Assembly: GCA_000002445.1 (NCBI GenBank) | Contig: CP000071.1 | Coordinates: 544,001-608,000 of the forward strand | DNA: 64,000 nucleotides | Origin: Trypanosoma brucei | Taxonomy: Eukaryota | Direction: 5' to 3' | In this document: positions 53,457-64,000 of the stretch, piece after piece | Position numbering within the stretch: position 1 is the stretch's first letter | Layout: each line of letters starts with the position of its first letter | Translations under genes and position numbers: made by a program | The notes under the pieces: model-generated | What the model was told of the DNA's origin: nothing | What the model saw: only the letters and a program-made list of their open reading frames with translations | Databases searched by the model: none

Positions 53457-56400
53457 TCAACGCTGCTGAGCTTCAATATACCATGTCAGATAGTCTCGCA
53501 CCGTCGACACGATGGAGCCACCAGCCGCGGTCAACAGCTGCACAAGTCCCTTAAAAACCTCCGGGTCACGCACAACATCAGCGAGTTCCGATTGGCGCTG
53601 CCCCGTTAACGCTGAGGTCTCGGGATCCAGCTGGTACATCAGATTCTTTACCCAATGGACTACTACGGAGGTGAGCTCCTGGTACATCCCTACATTGCAA
53701 CTACGCACATGTTGTTGCTCTCGTGGGCTTAGTTGTTGGCCAACGGGGCTATCCGACATGCTGTCACCCGTCCGTCGCGGTTTACGCGATCCAGATGACA
53801 ACGATTGCACAAAGGCCACCTCTTCAAGAATTTCTACAAGTACGTGCCGTAGGTGGGAGAAATCCATCTGCAAAGCGAGCGACAAGTAGGCGTTTAACCC
53901 CCCACGCACGGCGGTGTGCGGGAGTAGTGCACTACTTTTGCTCAGCGGTGTTGCTTCACGACCTTTGGTGACGGATTGCATGACAAACTGATCCATCTCA
54001 GATGCGTGATTGACACGCCAAAGCACGGCAAAAAAAGCCCCTTCGGCATCAAGCAGTAATTCAGCCATCAATTTGTAATTACACGGGGGTGGGGACCACC
54101 ATACCGGCTGCTCACACCCTTCTGTGGTACTCGCACCTTCATCACCGCTAAAAGGTCTCTCGGACCTTGTGTACATAGCGGGCGTGATAGCCGCCAACAC
54201 CTTCGGCAATGGAGACAGCAGTGGCGCCATCAAATTGCAGTACTCCACGAGCTGCTCGTCGGAAAGCACAGTGGAGTCAGTGCCTGACGAAAGACCCTCC
54301 TCGCACCCAGCAACAGTCCCCTGTTTCTTTCCTGGGAGGTCGTTGGGAGCCACCTTCGAATGCTCAGACACCTGCTCTTCATGCAACATTCTCATGCTCA
54401 GCGTGACACAACCGCGGCTTCCAGTAATATTACACGGGTCGGAAGCCGACAAGGCACGAATGGCACTTCGCCCTGCCTTCGAGTAGGCCCCCAGCATCTG
54501 CGACAACCCGGCATCCCAACGGCTGCCAACATACTGGGCATTATGCGGCACGATAGATTGTTTGAAAAGATGGGTATCGAGAAGCACAAGACTGACACTG
54601 TTGATGATAGCGTTAAGACACCGGTCACCCGCCGCCTTCTCCCGGGCGGCGGATGATTCGGAAAGCTTTCCGAGAGCTGCCACGCACAACGTGGCGCATT
54701 GCATCATGGAACGCACGGCCAGCGGTCGAACATGTGAAGAGGACTTTTGCGATACGGCAAGCGGTAGCAAGCACCGCTCCATAACGACTGCACCGAGTGA
54801 AGCCACGTCCTCCAGTGATGCATCTACGATTAGTTCATGCGACATGAAATTTAAAAGCTGTGGAAGTGTTGCGTGGAAGGCCACAGCTGGGCACTTCCGC
54901 ATCGTCGGCGGCGTGCGAAGGTTCAAAATGGCGAAGCTTACTCTACCCACGTCTTCCGCCGCCTCCGGAGTGTTCGCCGAAGATTTAGAGCCTGGTGCAG
55001 TGTGTCCCAGAAGTACTTGTAATACGGTATCAGCTAGTTGCACAGCGAGGTGCTGCTTTTGGTCGCGTACACCCAATTGCTTTGAAACAGCCCGTAGCAC
55101 CCCTATAGCCTCCGTTCGCGTTTCTTGGGTATGGCAGCCCAAAAGCATGCATATACGCTCCAACGCGTGCAGCACGGTAAAGTCATCCTGCCCTTGTATT
55201 CCTTGCAGTAAACGTCGCGTCAGCTGCACTTGTACTTCATTTAGGCCGTCGACCTCATAGTCATCTTCGTCTGAGGTCACCGCTGTCGCCTCTAATGAGG
55301 TTGTCACTTCGCGGTTAAGTGCGGCGGTGCAAACACAGGACAGCTGCGCTAGGCACGACTGGGCGCTCTCCACGTCACTACACATTCCACCAACGTAAGC
55401 TACGTTACAAAGGAGCGATAACAGCACATTAAGGGGCTCCTGCCGCATCTGAACGCTTGGGGGCACACTGCCGGCGCCACAGCAGATGAGAACGAGTTTT
55501 TGCAGCACGTGAACGGCTAAGCTGCAGGTCTCAGTGCCAACAGTGCTCTTACCTGAGAGCGCATGAGCCACTGAGTGCAACAGCCTTTCCCACACCAACG
55601 CCATGGTAAATGAGACACGTGTTTGAACACCGCGTGTCGTTCGTTGCTTAACGGAACTCTCCGCTAGAACGGTGCACGAAACCAACTCCTTCACTCCTTG
55701 CAACATATGCATTTGCACTACTGACGAGTTCACGCAGCGTTCGTGGCACATCTGAAAGAAACAAAAGCAGTTTGCAAGCTCCGTGAGTTTAACAGCTTGA
55801 TGTGAACAGTTAGCGTCACGGACGCAGGAGTTCCACACAACGCTGAGGACGTCTACAACGAAACTTGTCACGGCGTGCAGGCACTCGTCTCCTTTCTCCC
55901 TTCGCGCTTCAACGACGTCCACCAGTGCCGGCATAACAATGCCACTGAGATCACGAACATTAATTAAATTAGTAACAACGGGACCCAGCTCCTGGTCGTG
56001 GGAAATGACAGAGTAGCTGAGTACTCGGCGCACGACGTATAGGGCAGCAGTTAGAGTCGGGAAATCCATGCCTTGGTCCCGCAACAAGGCTGCAACACCC
56101 TGCAGTAACTCACGAACTGCTACCACGATCACGGGTGGGGCTTCATGAACGCTCATATTACAGTATTCCCGAGTGATTTCCTCCAGGTGGCCGAAGAGTG
56201 ACTCCATTTGCACCAATATTGCCCTTCGTTGCTGCTGTTGTGACTGCGACTGCTGTTGATATGACTGCTGGGACTGCGTTTGACTCTGCTCCTTACGGAT
56301 GGTAACCAGCAGCTCCACCACCGGCAACCAGCACCTGGAGGAAAAGTGTACACTGTGCCGAGAGGACGCAACCTCGAGCAAACAACCGTGGCAAACGTCC

Positions 56401-59400
56401 CGTAGGGAATCAAAAGCGGAGAGCCGCACCAGTGCCATTTGTGCGGCATCACATTCCGTGTGCAGACCAAAGGCCGCCGACAAAAGCAGACTGCTGCGCA
56501 GTCCAGTCGCGTAGAGCAGCAGGGCGTCTTCCGGAATTTGGTTTCCGTCCACAGCAGCTCCAAACACTGCATTAAGCGAGGGCCACGTGCTCAGGAACAA
56601 ATCCTGTGTGACGCTCGTCCAATATTCTTGTTCCGTGTCTCCACCCTCCCGTATCTCACCATCATCCTCGCATAGTCTGCTGCTGCGAAAGAGCAGCTCA
56701 CGCGTTTCATCCGTAAGACGCCGCCGCACTACATTGAATTCCGCCTCTTTGCGATCTTCACTTGTGAAGAAGAACGCATCCATCCTCATGTGTGACACCA
56801 CTGAGCCACGTCGCTTCGCTTCTGTTAGCATGGACTCGTGCACGTTGGACAAAGAGCGTGTGCTGACCTCCTCGAAGACGCTGTCCGTGAAGCGACGGGG
56901 GAAATCTTTATTGTCATTGCAACCTCGCATCTGCGCGTAAAAAGAGGCCGCAGTCATTTTTGTCGTGGAGACGTTTGGGTTGTGCAGGTTGGTATTCAAC
57001 ATGATAATTCCTATACCAGCAATGAAACACGCATCCTCCGATGCGAATGGAAAGACGTCCGTATCCACGCAACTCCTTGATCCTGCCTTATAGTATGCAC
57101 TGCAGAAGAACTCGATGAGACGCTCAATTCGCTGTCCCTCCTTGGGCAGCTTCACGACACGGAACAGTTCCCTCAGTCCGTTTATGAGTGTCTTTCCAGC
57201 CAGCGGTAGCAAGTCCATGAAAGCTCGACATACCTGGAGAGATATAACAGCTGGGTATGACAGAATCTCTGCAACTGCATCGGAGTTCAGCGACGGAGTT
57301 TCCATAAGGAACTGCGCGATGTGTTGCACCTTCTCCTCGGCCTGAGGCGTGGCGGGCTCCGGTATATGACGGTGCGACCAATTATTCTCCGCTATGGCGC
57401 GGTCAGCCTCTGTTTGCCACTCCTCGTCCCTGATGTTAAATAACTTCCGTAGCCCCTTTATGGGTGAGCTATTGATGGCTTCTACAAAACGCAGCTGTTC
57501 TATTTTCTTCTTCCGGTTTAGCAACCTTGGAAGCGGCTTCCAGTTGGACAGGCCAGTGTTCTGGGGAATCTGTTTCGTTAATATTTCTACCACCAGCGCG
57601 AGGCCGTGAAGCGCCAGAAATGGCACGGATCGCTGCATCATAACTGTACCGTCATCTGCGAAACTAGCGCAATTCACTGTCTGAGTCACGTTAGCGGAGT
57701 CGCCTCCACCAGTTTCAGCGTAAACGATGCTTTCGTTGCTGGCCTCTGCGTTGCCCACAGCGCTGCCGCTCGCAGTGCCTGAGGCGCGTGGTTTCGGACC
57801 CTCGATGTCCACGAACTCCTCCGGCCTCGCCGTGCAAACCGCCCGGGAGAGCACGGTGACAACCTTCTGGATCAAATTGAGCTGGTGCCAGTGAACATTG
57901 AGGTCAAAGCGACGGTAGCAACGTAAAAGAAGTGGTGCCTCACCCGAAACGGCCGAGCCTTGAAAAAACGTATCGATGATATGATGAAGGAAAGATCGTT
58001 GCATAAAGGGCGGTGTGCTGTCAGACCCCAGTAATCCAAAGATTCCATTACAGTAGATGGAGCCAACCTCCGTGGAGAGGCAGTCAGGACATGACGTCAC
58101 GACCCGTCGGAGGGTCTCCAAACCGGCATCCAACACCGAAGGCCGCAGGGACATGACACAGTTGAAAATGCCATCTAATATGCGCTTCCTCCAGTTGTCG
58201 TGTCGTAACACGTACTCCAGTTCCGCGGCACTTCCTTCGCACAGCTCACTCACGGTATCCTTCAGTAAACGAACCGCCAAGAATTGGCCCTCGGCACGAT
58301 CACCGCAGTGCTGAGCAACACACGCCGTGTATTCTGGGGAGAAAGATGTAGCTAACACCGACTCCAGCACACAGCAGAGAATGCGGTGGCTTCGTGAATG
58401 GATTGGCACGTTATCATCAAACTCTGTGGACCTTGATAACGTCACAGAATCATCCACTGAGGCATCACCGCACCTACTCAAGTGCGAGGTACGTCCATAC
58501 CACTTTGCAAACCCAAACAGATTACTTACAACGTCACTCTTTGTCGTCCGTTCATCCTCAGAGGCCGTGGCACTTTTAACTGACACAATGGAAAACAAGT
58601 ACCCGACGACGGGGCGGACAAGACCCACGAGATGCGTAATACTTTCGAGCAACGTGGGTCCGAGTAGCCGTTTCAGTTCCTCCACCCGCTGCTCTGCCAT
58701 GCACCGGTCCTCCTCGTCATCGGCAGCGCGTACCTCACCGTTGTGACCGTTGCCAGTAGCCTCGACCATGTCCTGTATATGACCTATCTCGCGGGATGCA
58801 AATTGCCTCTCAAAATGAACGACGCATTGACGCAACTGCTTCAGAATATCTATACACACCTGTACTGCGAAGCGCACCGAAGGAAAGTCTGTCGACCCTG
58901 AAAGCGTATCAACACAAATTCCTATAGTGTTCCTACAAACGTTAATATCGTGTCCGAGACTCACGAACAATGGGTTGCTTTCTTTACGGCGCGCAGCGCC
59001 ATTTCCTCCTGCCTCCCCTCCATTGTTCGCAGTTGGATCGTCATACACTTCCCTAAGTACCTGCCGCAGGGTGTTGTCGATGATGGAAAAGCAACGAGTG
59101 ATGACAATACGCGCTGCGTTGCGCGCAATATTGCGTAACTTACCGTTCTCCGATGAAGTACCAACAAACAAGGTGGCAAGAAACCTTGCAAGATCCTCCA
59201 AATTTCGTTTAGATAAGTCACTGGAGAAGCCCGCATTGGGGTCTGGGTGGACCAGTTGGCCTCTCTCATCGCCTTCAGCTGCCACCGCCGTCGCGGGTGA
59301 AGGGTCTTCACACGGTGACGCGCTTGGTGAAGAATTTGGTGGGGGTTTAGGGTCTTCAGCAGCCCCCGTGTCGGCCTCGGAGGCGCCTTGACGCAACGGT

Positions 59401-59648
59401 CCCGACGCCTCACCACCAGTTCTTTCAGTAACTGAAGCGTTACCACTTGCAGACCCTGACGATGTCGTTGCATCCCCTAAACTCACCTCTTTTATCCATT
59501 CATCGACGTTCCGAAGTACCTCCTGTAGTTTCCCCTTAGGGGTTCCGCTCACCACGTGTCGTGCCTGCAGGAGAAAGGCATGCAATTGAACCATAAAAGT
59601 TGCGCGGTTCTCTAGGTCCACCACCGTCTTATTTGGTGCGAGCTGCAT
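53457..59648 (-). CDS. Large Sec7-domain ARF guanine-nucleotide exchange factor (BIG/GBF-like), 2063 aa
   Basis: Sec7 catalytic region FRVVKLPKEGQRIERLIEFFCSAYYKAG...FASEDACFIAGIGIIMLNTNLHNPNV. This matches the Sec7 consensus FRLPGEAQKIDR..E.FA..Y...NP..F.S.D.AY.LAYSIIMLNTDLHNP. Armadillo/HEAT-like helical flanks. Confidence 0.8.
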   Translation of the reverse strand: MQLAPNKTVVDLENRATFMVQLHAFLLQARHVVSGTPKGKLQEVLRNVDEWIKEVSLGDATTSSGSASGNASVTERTGGEASGPLRQGASEADTGAAEDPKPPPNSSPSASPCEDPSPATAVAAEGDERGQLVHPDPNAGFSSDLSKRNLEDLARFLATLFVGTSSENGKLRNIARNAARIVITRCFSIIDNTLRQVLREVYDDPTANNGGEAGGNGAARRKESNPLFVSLGHDINVCRNTIGICVDTLSGSTDFPSVRFAVQVCIDILKQLRQCVVHFERQFASREIGHIQDMVEATGNGHNGEVRAADDEEDRCMAEQRVEELKRLLGPTLLESITHLVGLVRPVVGYLFSIVSVKSATASEDERTTKSDVVSNLFGFAKWYGRTSHLSRCGDASVDDSVTLSRSTEFDDNVPIHSRSHRILCCVLESVLATSFSPEYTACVAQHCGDRAEGQFLAVRLLKDTVSELCEGSAAELEYVLRHDNWRKRILDGIFNCVMSLRPSVLDAGLETLRRVVTSCPDCLSTEVGSIYCNGIFGLLGSDSTPPFMQRSFLHHIIDTFFQGSAVSGEAPLLLRCYRRFDLNVHWHQLNLIQKVVTVLSRAVCTARPEEFVDIEGPKPRASGTASGSAVGNAEASNESIVYAETGGGDSANVTQTVNCASFADDGTVMMQRSVPFLALHGLALVVEILTKQIPQNTGLSNWKPLPRLLNRKKKIEQLRFVEAINSSPIKGLRKLFNIRDEEWQTEADRAIAENNWSHRHIPEPATPQAEEKVQHIAQFLMETPSLNSDAVAEILSYPAVISLQVCRAFMDLLPLAGKTLINGLRELFRVVKLPKEGQRIERLIEFFCSAYYKAGSRSCVDTDVFPFASEDACFIAGIGIIMLNTNLHNPNVSTTKMTAASFYAQMRGCNDNKDFPRRFTDSVFEEVSTRSLSNVHESMLTEAKRRGSVVSHMRMDAFFFTSEDRKEAEFNVVRRRLTDETRELLFRSSRLCEDDGEIREGGDTEQEYWTSVTQDLFLSTWPSLNAVFGAAVDGNQIPEDALLLYATGLRSSLLLSAAFGLHTECDAAQMALVRLSAFDSLRDVCHGCLLEVASSRHSVHFSSRCWLPVVELLVTIRKEQSQTQSQQSYQQQSQSQQQQRRAILVQMESLFGHLEEITREYCNMSVHEAPPVIVVAVRELLQGVAALLRDQGMDFPTLTAALYVVRRVLSYSVISHDQELGPVVTNLINVRDLSGIVMPALVDVVEARREKGDECLHAVTSFVVDVLSVVWNSCVRDANCSHQAVKLTELANCFCFFQMCHERCVNSSVVQMHMLQGVKELVSCTVLAESSVKQRTTRGVQTRVSFTMALVWERLLHSVAHALSGKSTVGTETCSLAVHVLQKLVLICCGAGSVPPSVQMRQEPLNVLLSLLCNVAYVGGMCSDVESAQSCLAQLSCVCTAALNREVTTSLEATAVTSDEDDYEVDGLNEVQVQLTRRLLQGIQGQDDFTVLHALERICMLLGCHTQETRTEAIGVLRAVSKQLGVRDQKQHLAVQLADTVLQVLLGHTAPGSKSSANTPEAAEDVGRVSFAILNLRTPPTMRKCPAVAFHATLPQLLNFMSHELIVDASLEDVASLGAVVMERCLLPLAVSQKSSSHVRPLAVRSMMQCATLCVAALGKLSESSAAREKAAGDRCLNAIINSVSLVLLDTHLFKQSIVPHNAQYVGSRWDAGLSQMLGAYSKAGRSAIRALSASDPCNITGSRGCVTLSMRMLHEEQVSEHSKVAPNDLPGKKQGTVAGCEEGLSSGTDSTVLSDEQLVEYCNLMAPLLSPLPKVLAAITPAMYTRSERPFSGDEGASTTEGCEQPVWWSPPPCNYKLMAELLLDAEGAFFAVLWRVNHASEMDQFVMQSVTKGREATPLSKSSALLPHTAVRGGLNAYLSLALQMDFSHLRHVLVEILEEVAFVQSLSSGSRKPRRTGDSMSDSPVGQQLSPREQQHVRSCNVGMYQELTSVVVHWVKNLMYQLDPETSALTGQRQSELADVVRDPEVFKGLVQLLTAAGGSIVSTVRDYLTWYIEAQQR

Positions 59649-60174
59649 CGGTCAGTGTCCCACTAATAGGCAAACAAGTTCACCCTAATCCTTGTTACTT
59701 CCTTCCTTTCCTTTCCTTTCCCCTCTTTAACAATGCACCTTTTCGTGCGTCCTAATTACGAGCGGCTTCCTACTTCACTTACTCACCAAGTTCCACATTT
59801 CGAGTACAAAGATATTGGGAGGGAGAAAACAGCCAAATCAAACACAGGGGGAGTGTAAGGCCAAAGACCAAAATGTGTAGGTGGGGCGCAAAGCGAAGGC
59901 AAAAGAAGAATCGAACAGACTTACTTCGAACAGAAGTACGGATTGCTTTCATCCGAAGAAGCAAAGGATAGATAAAGATCGCACTCACCTAACAGCTGCG
60001 ATGCAGCAGTGATAGCCTCGATGAGCTGCAGCGGCATCAGCAACAATCGGTCGCTCACGGCAACGCATCTAAAAATTAGTAACGGCAACTAGTCCACACC
60101 AAAAACGAACGCATAGGCGAGATTGTACACGGAAGTCACAGTAGCAGCGACGGAAAGAGTAGTTCGATCCATTA

Positions 60175-61605
60175 CTAACCTACTGAGCCCCTGAGTGTTT
60201 CCCCAACGCACTCCACAAGTCGTGTTGGAAAGTGCTTTACCTCACGAGGTTCGTTAGCACTGGAGCCACTGTACTGATAACTCAGCTTTCGCTTCATCAA
60301 GGAGATGAATTCGTCAAAGTCCAGTGCACCGTCTCCGTTACGGTCAAAGAGGGCCATAATAAGGTCGAGCTCTTCCTCTTTGAATGGTCTCACACCAGCT
60401 GCCTTCACAACGCGGTTAAATTCACGCTTTCCCAGTGAGAGTCCTGACTCCATGAAAAGACGCACCGCCTCCCCTATAGTATCTGCTTCACGCATAACCT
60501 GATGAAAGCCAATCCATTGGTCCACCGTGACCGTTGTGTTAATCCCTCTCATCCTTCGTATGTTCTCCACTACGTAAAAAGGTACATTGCTTCCAATCAT
60601 CTGTTTCGCCAAAAGTTTTCCAAACTCCTCGGCACCGATGCAACCAACATTATTGGGGTCGAACAGGTGAAACTCCGCCCGCCAGATGGCCTCATTAATG
60701 GCATTAATACTCCCCTCCATCTCGTCGTAGGAGCAGCGAAGTTCCCCATCATCGCCAAAGAGTCGCCTGACAATTCCGTTCTTGCAGCCGGTTGTCAGGG
60801 AATTCGCCTCGTTAGCGGTGCAGCCCAAGCCGCGCAGAACACCTGCAAACTCACTAAGTCCTAGGGTACCAACCCTATCCTTGTCTACGATAGTGAATAA
60901 CATGCGGATGTCCTTCAACTTTGCCGTCAATAAAACCATGAGGAACGTATACTCGGTTAAGTTGAGACAAACATTGCCGTCAGCATCCAGCGAAGCAAAG
61001 AGATCAGACATATCTTCTAGCGACGAAGCCCCCAGGGGTTCATCCTTCCTGAGGACTAACACTGAGCGCACAAAGTCCTCCATTGTCATAAGCATCGCCC
61101 CGTCGTCGGCTGACCGCACCGACGCATAGTGCCTGAAGCGGCTCTTAATGCTACGCAAGTAATAGGGAATTAGGTACTCCGGAGTGGCCAGGGGGTGACA
61201 CAGAACCGTAGCGGCACCCCAGGAGGAGGCACCGATGCAGGCCACACAAAGGGTGAGTGCTGTGCACCCCATGCGACTGTCACCAACGATACGTTGACAC
61301 ATCTCACGCAGCCACAGTCGCGACCACAGCATGGCGGTAACGGAATATGAATGGCAGTGTCCAGCCTGAGGAAAGGAAACCTTGACCGCTCGCCATATTG
61401 AGAGCATCCCTTTTTTTTTATATTTTGTCTCTGTGCTCCCCTTAGAGCTGAATAAACAAATGATGTTCACTCTGACAGCAAACCTTTGTGTGCTTCCCGA
61501 CACACGGACACATCGCGAAAAGAAGCAACGCAAAAGCGGAAAGAAAACGTGGAAAGAAAAAAGCAGACAGAGCAGCGAGCGGAACAGAGGTCCGTCACCT
61601 AACAT
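60175..61605 (-). CDS. EF-hand calcium-binding protein, MICU1-like (mitochondrial calcium uptake regulator family), 476 aa
   Basis: Two canonical EF loops (DADGNVCLNLTE and DRNGDGALDFDE). The C-terminal EF hand ends in FISLMKRKL, matching MICU1 FVSIMKQRL. Size and N-terminal hydrophobic segment also fit. Confidence 0.55.
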   Translation of the reverse strand: MLGDGPLFRSLLCLLFSFHVFFPLLRCFFSRCVRVSGSTQRFAVRVNIICLFSSKGSTETKYKKKGMLSIWRAVKVSFPQAGHCHSYSVTAMLWSRLWLREMCQRIVGDSRMGCTALTLCVACIGASSWGAATVLCHPLATPEYLIPYYLRSIKSRFRHYASVRSADDGAMLMTMEDFVRSVLVLRKDEPLGASSLEDMSDLFASLDADGNVCLNLTEYTFLMVLLTAKLKDIRMLFTIVDKDRVGTLGLSEFAGVLRGLGCTANEANSLTTGCKNGIVRRLFGDDGELRCSYDEMEGSINAINEAIWRAEFHLFDPNNVGCIGAEEFGKLLAKQMIGSNVPFYVVENIRRMRGINTTVTVDQWIGFHQVMREADTIGEAVRLFMESGLSLGKREFNRVVKAAGVRPFKEEELDLIMALFDRNGDGALDFDEFISLMKRKLSYQYSGSSANEPREVKHFPTRLVECVGETLRGSVG

Positions 61606-61804
61606 CTGCAGGCAAAGTTAGTTATCAATCCGTTAAATACGCACCTCCCCCTACCACCAATAGTGCCCAATACTACAGGTCATAAGACGTTAAGACTGCC
61701 AACTGCCATCAACGTAACGTTCAAACGTCCAAGGAAAATCTTGGCGACAACATAAATGTAGAAAAACAAGAAGTCAATGCACAAAAGCGGGTGCACGGGC
61801 AACG

Positions 61805-64000
61805 CTACTCTTTCCGCTCCTCGGGGCGCAGGATGCCAACAACCGCCCCATGATTTTTACCGACGTCGAAGTATCGGGCGACCTCAACTACATCTTTTGG
61901 CTCAACGCTTAGGAGAGCGTCACGCATTTCTTGCTTCTGCTCCGGTCGGATTCCGTGAAGGAAATATGACTCACCAAAACTGTCTGCGGCATAGGGCGCG
62001 TCAATCCCCGCAAAAAGCCGGAGCTTTGACTCGTCCACCCGCAGCTGGGTAACATTGCTTGCCTCACTCAGCCAATCCCCTGCCTCTTTGAATACACGAA
62101 CCGTCGCTTCGGGTGTGGGGTCACGGTAGCTAGACATGGTAACACCACCCACCTCTGCACCTAATGTGGCCTTAACCCCTGACCCATAGGCTCCCCCTTC
62201 CTCACGAACACGACGGTGCAAATATTCGTTGGCGAGCAACTGGCATGCAACCCGCAGCGGCGCTTGCTGTTTATGGGTCCAGTCCAGGTCGTTCGCTATA
62301 GCGATGGCGGCATAAGAGGTGTCGATAGGTAAACTCCTGCACAGTTCAACAACGTCTTCGCGTGCTATGCGCCCCAAGGAGGGGAGACATGCACACGAAG
62401 ACGTATCTTCTCCTTTTGGGAAGCCGCTTAGAAATGAAGCAAGCATGTTCTCCACTTCACACCGGTGCTGCTCCTCACATGTTGCCCACAACACGCCGCG
62501 ACAGAGGTTTGCGGCAAACGACTGCACAAAGCATGAATGGTGTTCAAGTATCGTTGCAACTGCTGAGTGGGAGATGCCCTCGTTGCTGCTTTGAAGTTTC
62601 TCAAGCATCTCTGAGGCGTAACTTGACTGGGCCAAACCATGCCATGACTCTCTCACAGCGCCACAGCGAGTCAAGTGCGACACCGCGAGGGAGGTGGCCA
62701 CACGGTTGCCCTCATGTTGTAGCCGCTGAATCACACCCGAACAACGGGCCTTCGCCACCGAGAGGGTACGGCCACGCACCCCATCATCCTCAACGGAGGT
62801 GTGTGGCTCCAGAAGTGTCATTTTGAGTAGTTCCAGCGCATCGTGTAGTTTCTCTTTAGTCGTGTAAAAGCCGTAAGCGGTTCCAGTAATGTACTCTGAC
62901 TTGTTGCAATATGACTGATTGAGTTGCGGGGAGAAAGAGAATCCGCCGCAGACGAGGTCGGTAGCAATGGAAAGTTCTTTAAACGTGTATTTTCCTGCTC
63001 CGAGACTTCCTAGCAGGGAATGGGAAAGGGGTATACCCGCAAGTGCATCATTCTCTGCCTTCTCAAGAAGCAACACCGTAGCCGCACTAAAAGGTGCCAG
63101 ACCGTGCACATACACCAAGCCATTTGTTGGGTACCCAATCGTGTACACCCCCACTGGTGGTTTCAGAGGAGGAGGAGCGCGTAACAGAGAAGTATTCTGC
63201 CCATCAGCCTTTGGTTGTGGCAGTGGCTCCTGAAAGGATTGACAGGGGATGTCACCTACCTTCAGAGTCGGTAAAATGTCACCGTTCTGCGGTGCCCGCA
63301 CACGCTCGAGCCATTTCTCTGTTTCCTTTTTTATTTCGTCTTTTTGGGCATCCGTTGCTCCATCATTAAGTTTCTCTTCCATATGGGTGATCGTATCGCG
63401 AAGGGAATCTAGGAAATCCTTCTTAGCAGACACCGACACCAGCGCACGATGGGGGTTGTTGAGGAGATTCCGCGAAATGCGTGGCAAAAGCGACTTGGCC
63501 TGTTCAGCCTCCAGTTGCCGCAGATGCGGCAACCAATCGATAAAGTCCAAAGGGTTGTTCTCCGCTCGACATAGCCCCATGGCACAGAGACCCGTACAAA
63601 GGTTAACGCCGTAATCTGCCGCTCGATGCCGTTGTTGAAGTTCCTCCTGAAAAATGACCGATTGTACGCGCCGTTGCTCAAATCCCTCCTTGGATACCCT
63701 CTCCAACGCTGTAATCACAGCGCTAAGTACCTCTTCGTCTGAGTTGGCACGAGCTTCGTCGACTCCTTCGACCCCGTAAGAAACGAGTGGAGACGCCAAA
63801 TAACTACTGTAGCCATTCATAGGAGCGTAGCGGCTGCCAATCTGTGATTCGATCAGAGCCTGGTAAATAGGGGAACTGGGGCCACTGGACAAAAGTATAT
63901 CTAAAACACTAAGCTCCACAATATCCTTCATGTTTTTATCCTCCTTCTGGACCCCAAAGGAAACAGACACACGCTTTTGGCACTGCGGGTTCCCCATAGG
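61805..64000 (-). CDS. M16C metallopeptidase (presequence protease PreP/Cym1-like). C-terminal 730 codons only. The N-terminus with the HxxEH motif lies beyond the window.
   Basis: M16C-associated motif GGAYGSG near the C-terminus and ILLSSGPSSPIYQALIESQIG in the middle. The ORF is still open at the window edge. The Met at 63997 is probably internal. Confidence 0.65.
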   Translation of the reverse strand, partial: PMGNPQCQKRVSVSFGVQKEDKNMKDIVELSVLDILLSSGPSSPIYQALIESQIGSRYAPMNGYSSYLASPLVSYGVEGVDEARANSDEEVLSAVITALERVSKEGFEQRRVQSVIFQEELQQRHRAADYGVNLCTGLCAMGLCRAENNPLDFIDWLPHLRQLEAEQAKSLLPRISRNLLNNPHRALVSVSAKKDFLDSLRDTITHMEEKLNDGATDAQKDEIKKETEKWLERVRAPQNGDILPTLKVGDIPCQSFQEPLPQPKADGQNTSLLRAPPPLKPPVGVYTIGYPTNGLVYVHGLAPFSAATVLLLEKAENDALAGIPLSHSLLGSLGAGKYTFKELSIATDLVCGGFSFSPQLNQSYCNKSEYITGTAYGFYTTKEKLHDALELLKMTLLEPHTSVEDDGVRGRTLSVAKARCSGVIQRLQHEGNRVATSLAVSHLTRCGAVRESWHGLAQSSYASEMLEKLQSSNEGISHSAVATILEHHSCFVQSFAANLCRGVLWATCEEQHRCEVENMLASFLSGFPKGEDTSSCACLPSLGRIAREDVVELCRSLPIDTSYAAIAIANDLDWTHKQQAPLRVACQLLANEYLHRRVREEGGAYGSGVKATLGAEVGGVTMSSYRDPTPEATVRVFKEAGDWLSEASNVTQLRVDESKLRLFAGIDAPYAADSFGESYFLHGIRPEQKQEMRDALLSVEPKDVVEVARYFDVGKNHGAVVGILRPEERKE

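Noticed and set aside
54562-55260. 232-aa plus-strand ORF and other long antisense ORFs (27739-28341, 14894-15340, 36042-36404, 58327-58746)
   Set aside because: They lie entirely antisense within well-supported long genes (Sec7 ARF-GEF, PGP synthase, NEK kinase, YiiX-like protein). These are GC-rich antisense frames and not independent genes.
1-64000. Prokaryotic reading: operons, CRISPR arrays, defence islands, integrons
   Set aside because: The sequence is eukaryotic (kinetoplastid). Genes of 2-6 kb lack introns, lie in long same-strand clusters, and are separated by pyrimidine-rich spacers and (TA)n microsatellites. There are no direct-repeat-and-spacer arrays and no Shine-Dalgarno-spaced gene pairs.

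Overview
This window is not prokaryotic. It reads as nuclear chromosomal DNA of an African trypanosome of the Trypanosoma brucei group. Three observations support this. A roughly 500-bp RIME/ingi-type retroposon at 7023-7528 carries the trypanosomatid Pr77 5' signature. Genes are intronless, strictly strand-clustered and polycistronic, with polypyrimidine-rich intergenic spacers. The gene content is typically trypanosomatid: a GP63/MSP metalloprotease, NEK kinases and a nodulin-like transporter.

Two plus-strand genes lie at the left: a 5'-truncated GP63 and a nodulin-like membrane protein ending at 4434. About 20 minus-strand genes occupy 11012-64000. They include two NEK-like kinases, PTPA, a PLD-type phosphatidylglycerophosphate synthase, anamorsin, a YiiX-like permuted papain-fold protein, an MKK-like kinase, a PLAC8 protein, TAPT1-like and TMEM115-like membrane proteins, an SCP2-thiolase-like protein, MnmA, a 2063-aa Sec7 ARF-GEF, an EF-hand MICU-like protein and a partial M16C protease. 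The two strands converge in a roughly 6.5-10 kb strand-switch region at 4435-14244 that has no long ORFs.

The most interesting structure is inside this convergent region. It is a 3.3-copy tandem array of a 378-bp unit at 5763-7025, interrupted at its end by the RIME element. Each unit contains what looks like a box C/D snoRNA on the plus strand. That snoRNA has two antisense elements complementary to the 5' end of SSU rRNA. I quote the rRNA sequence from memory.

I found no CRISPR arrays, prokaryotic defence or operon-like systems, and no convincing tRNA genes. Family assignments below come from motifs I recognise by eye. No database search was possible.
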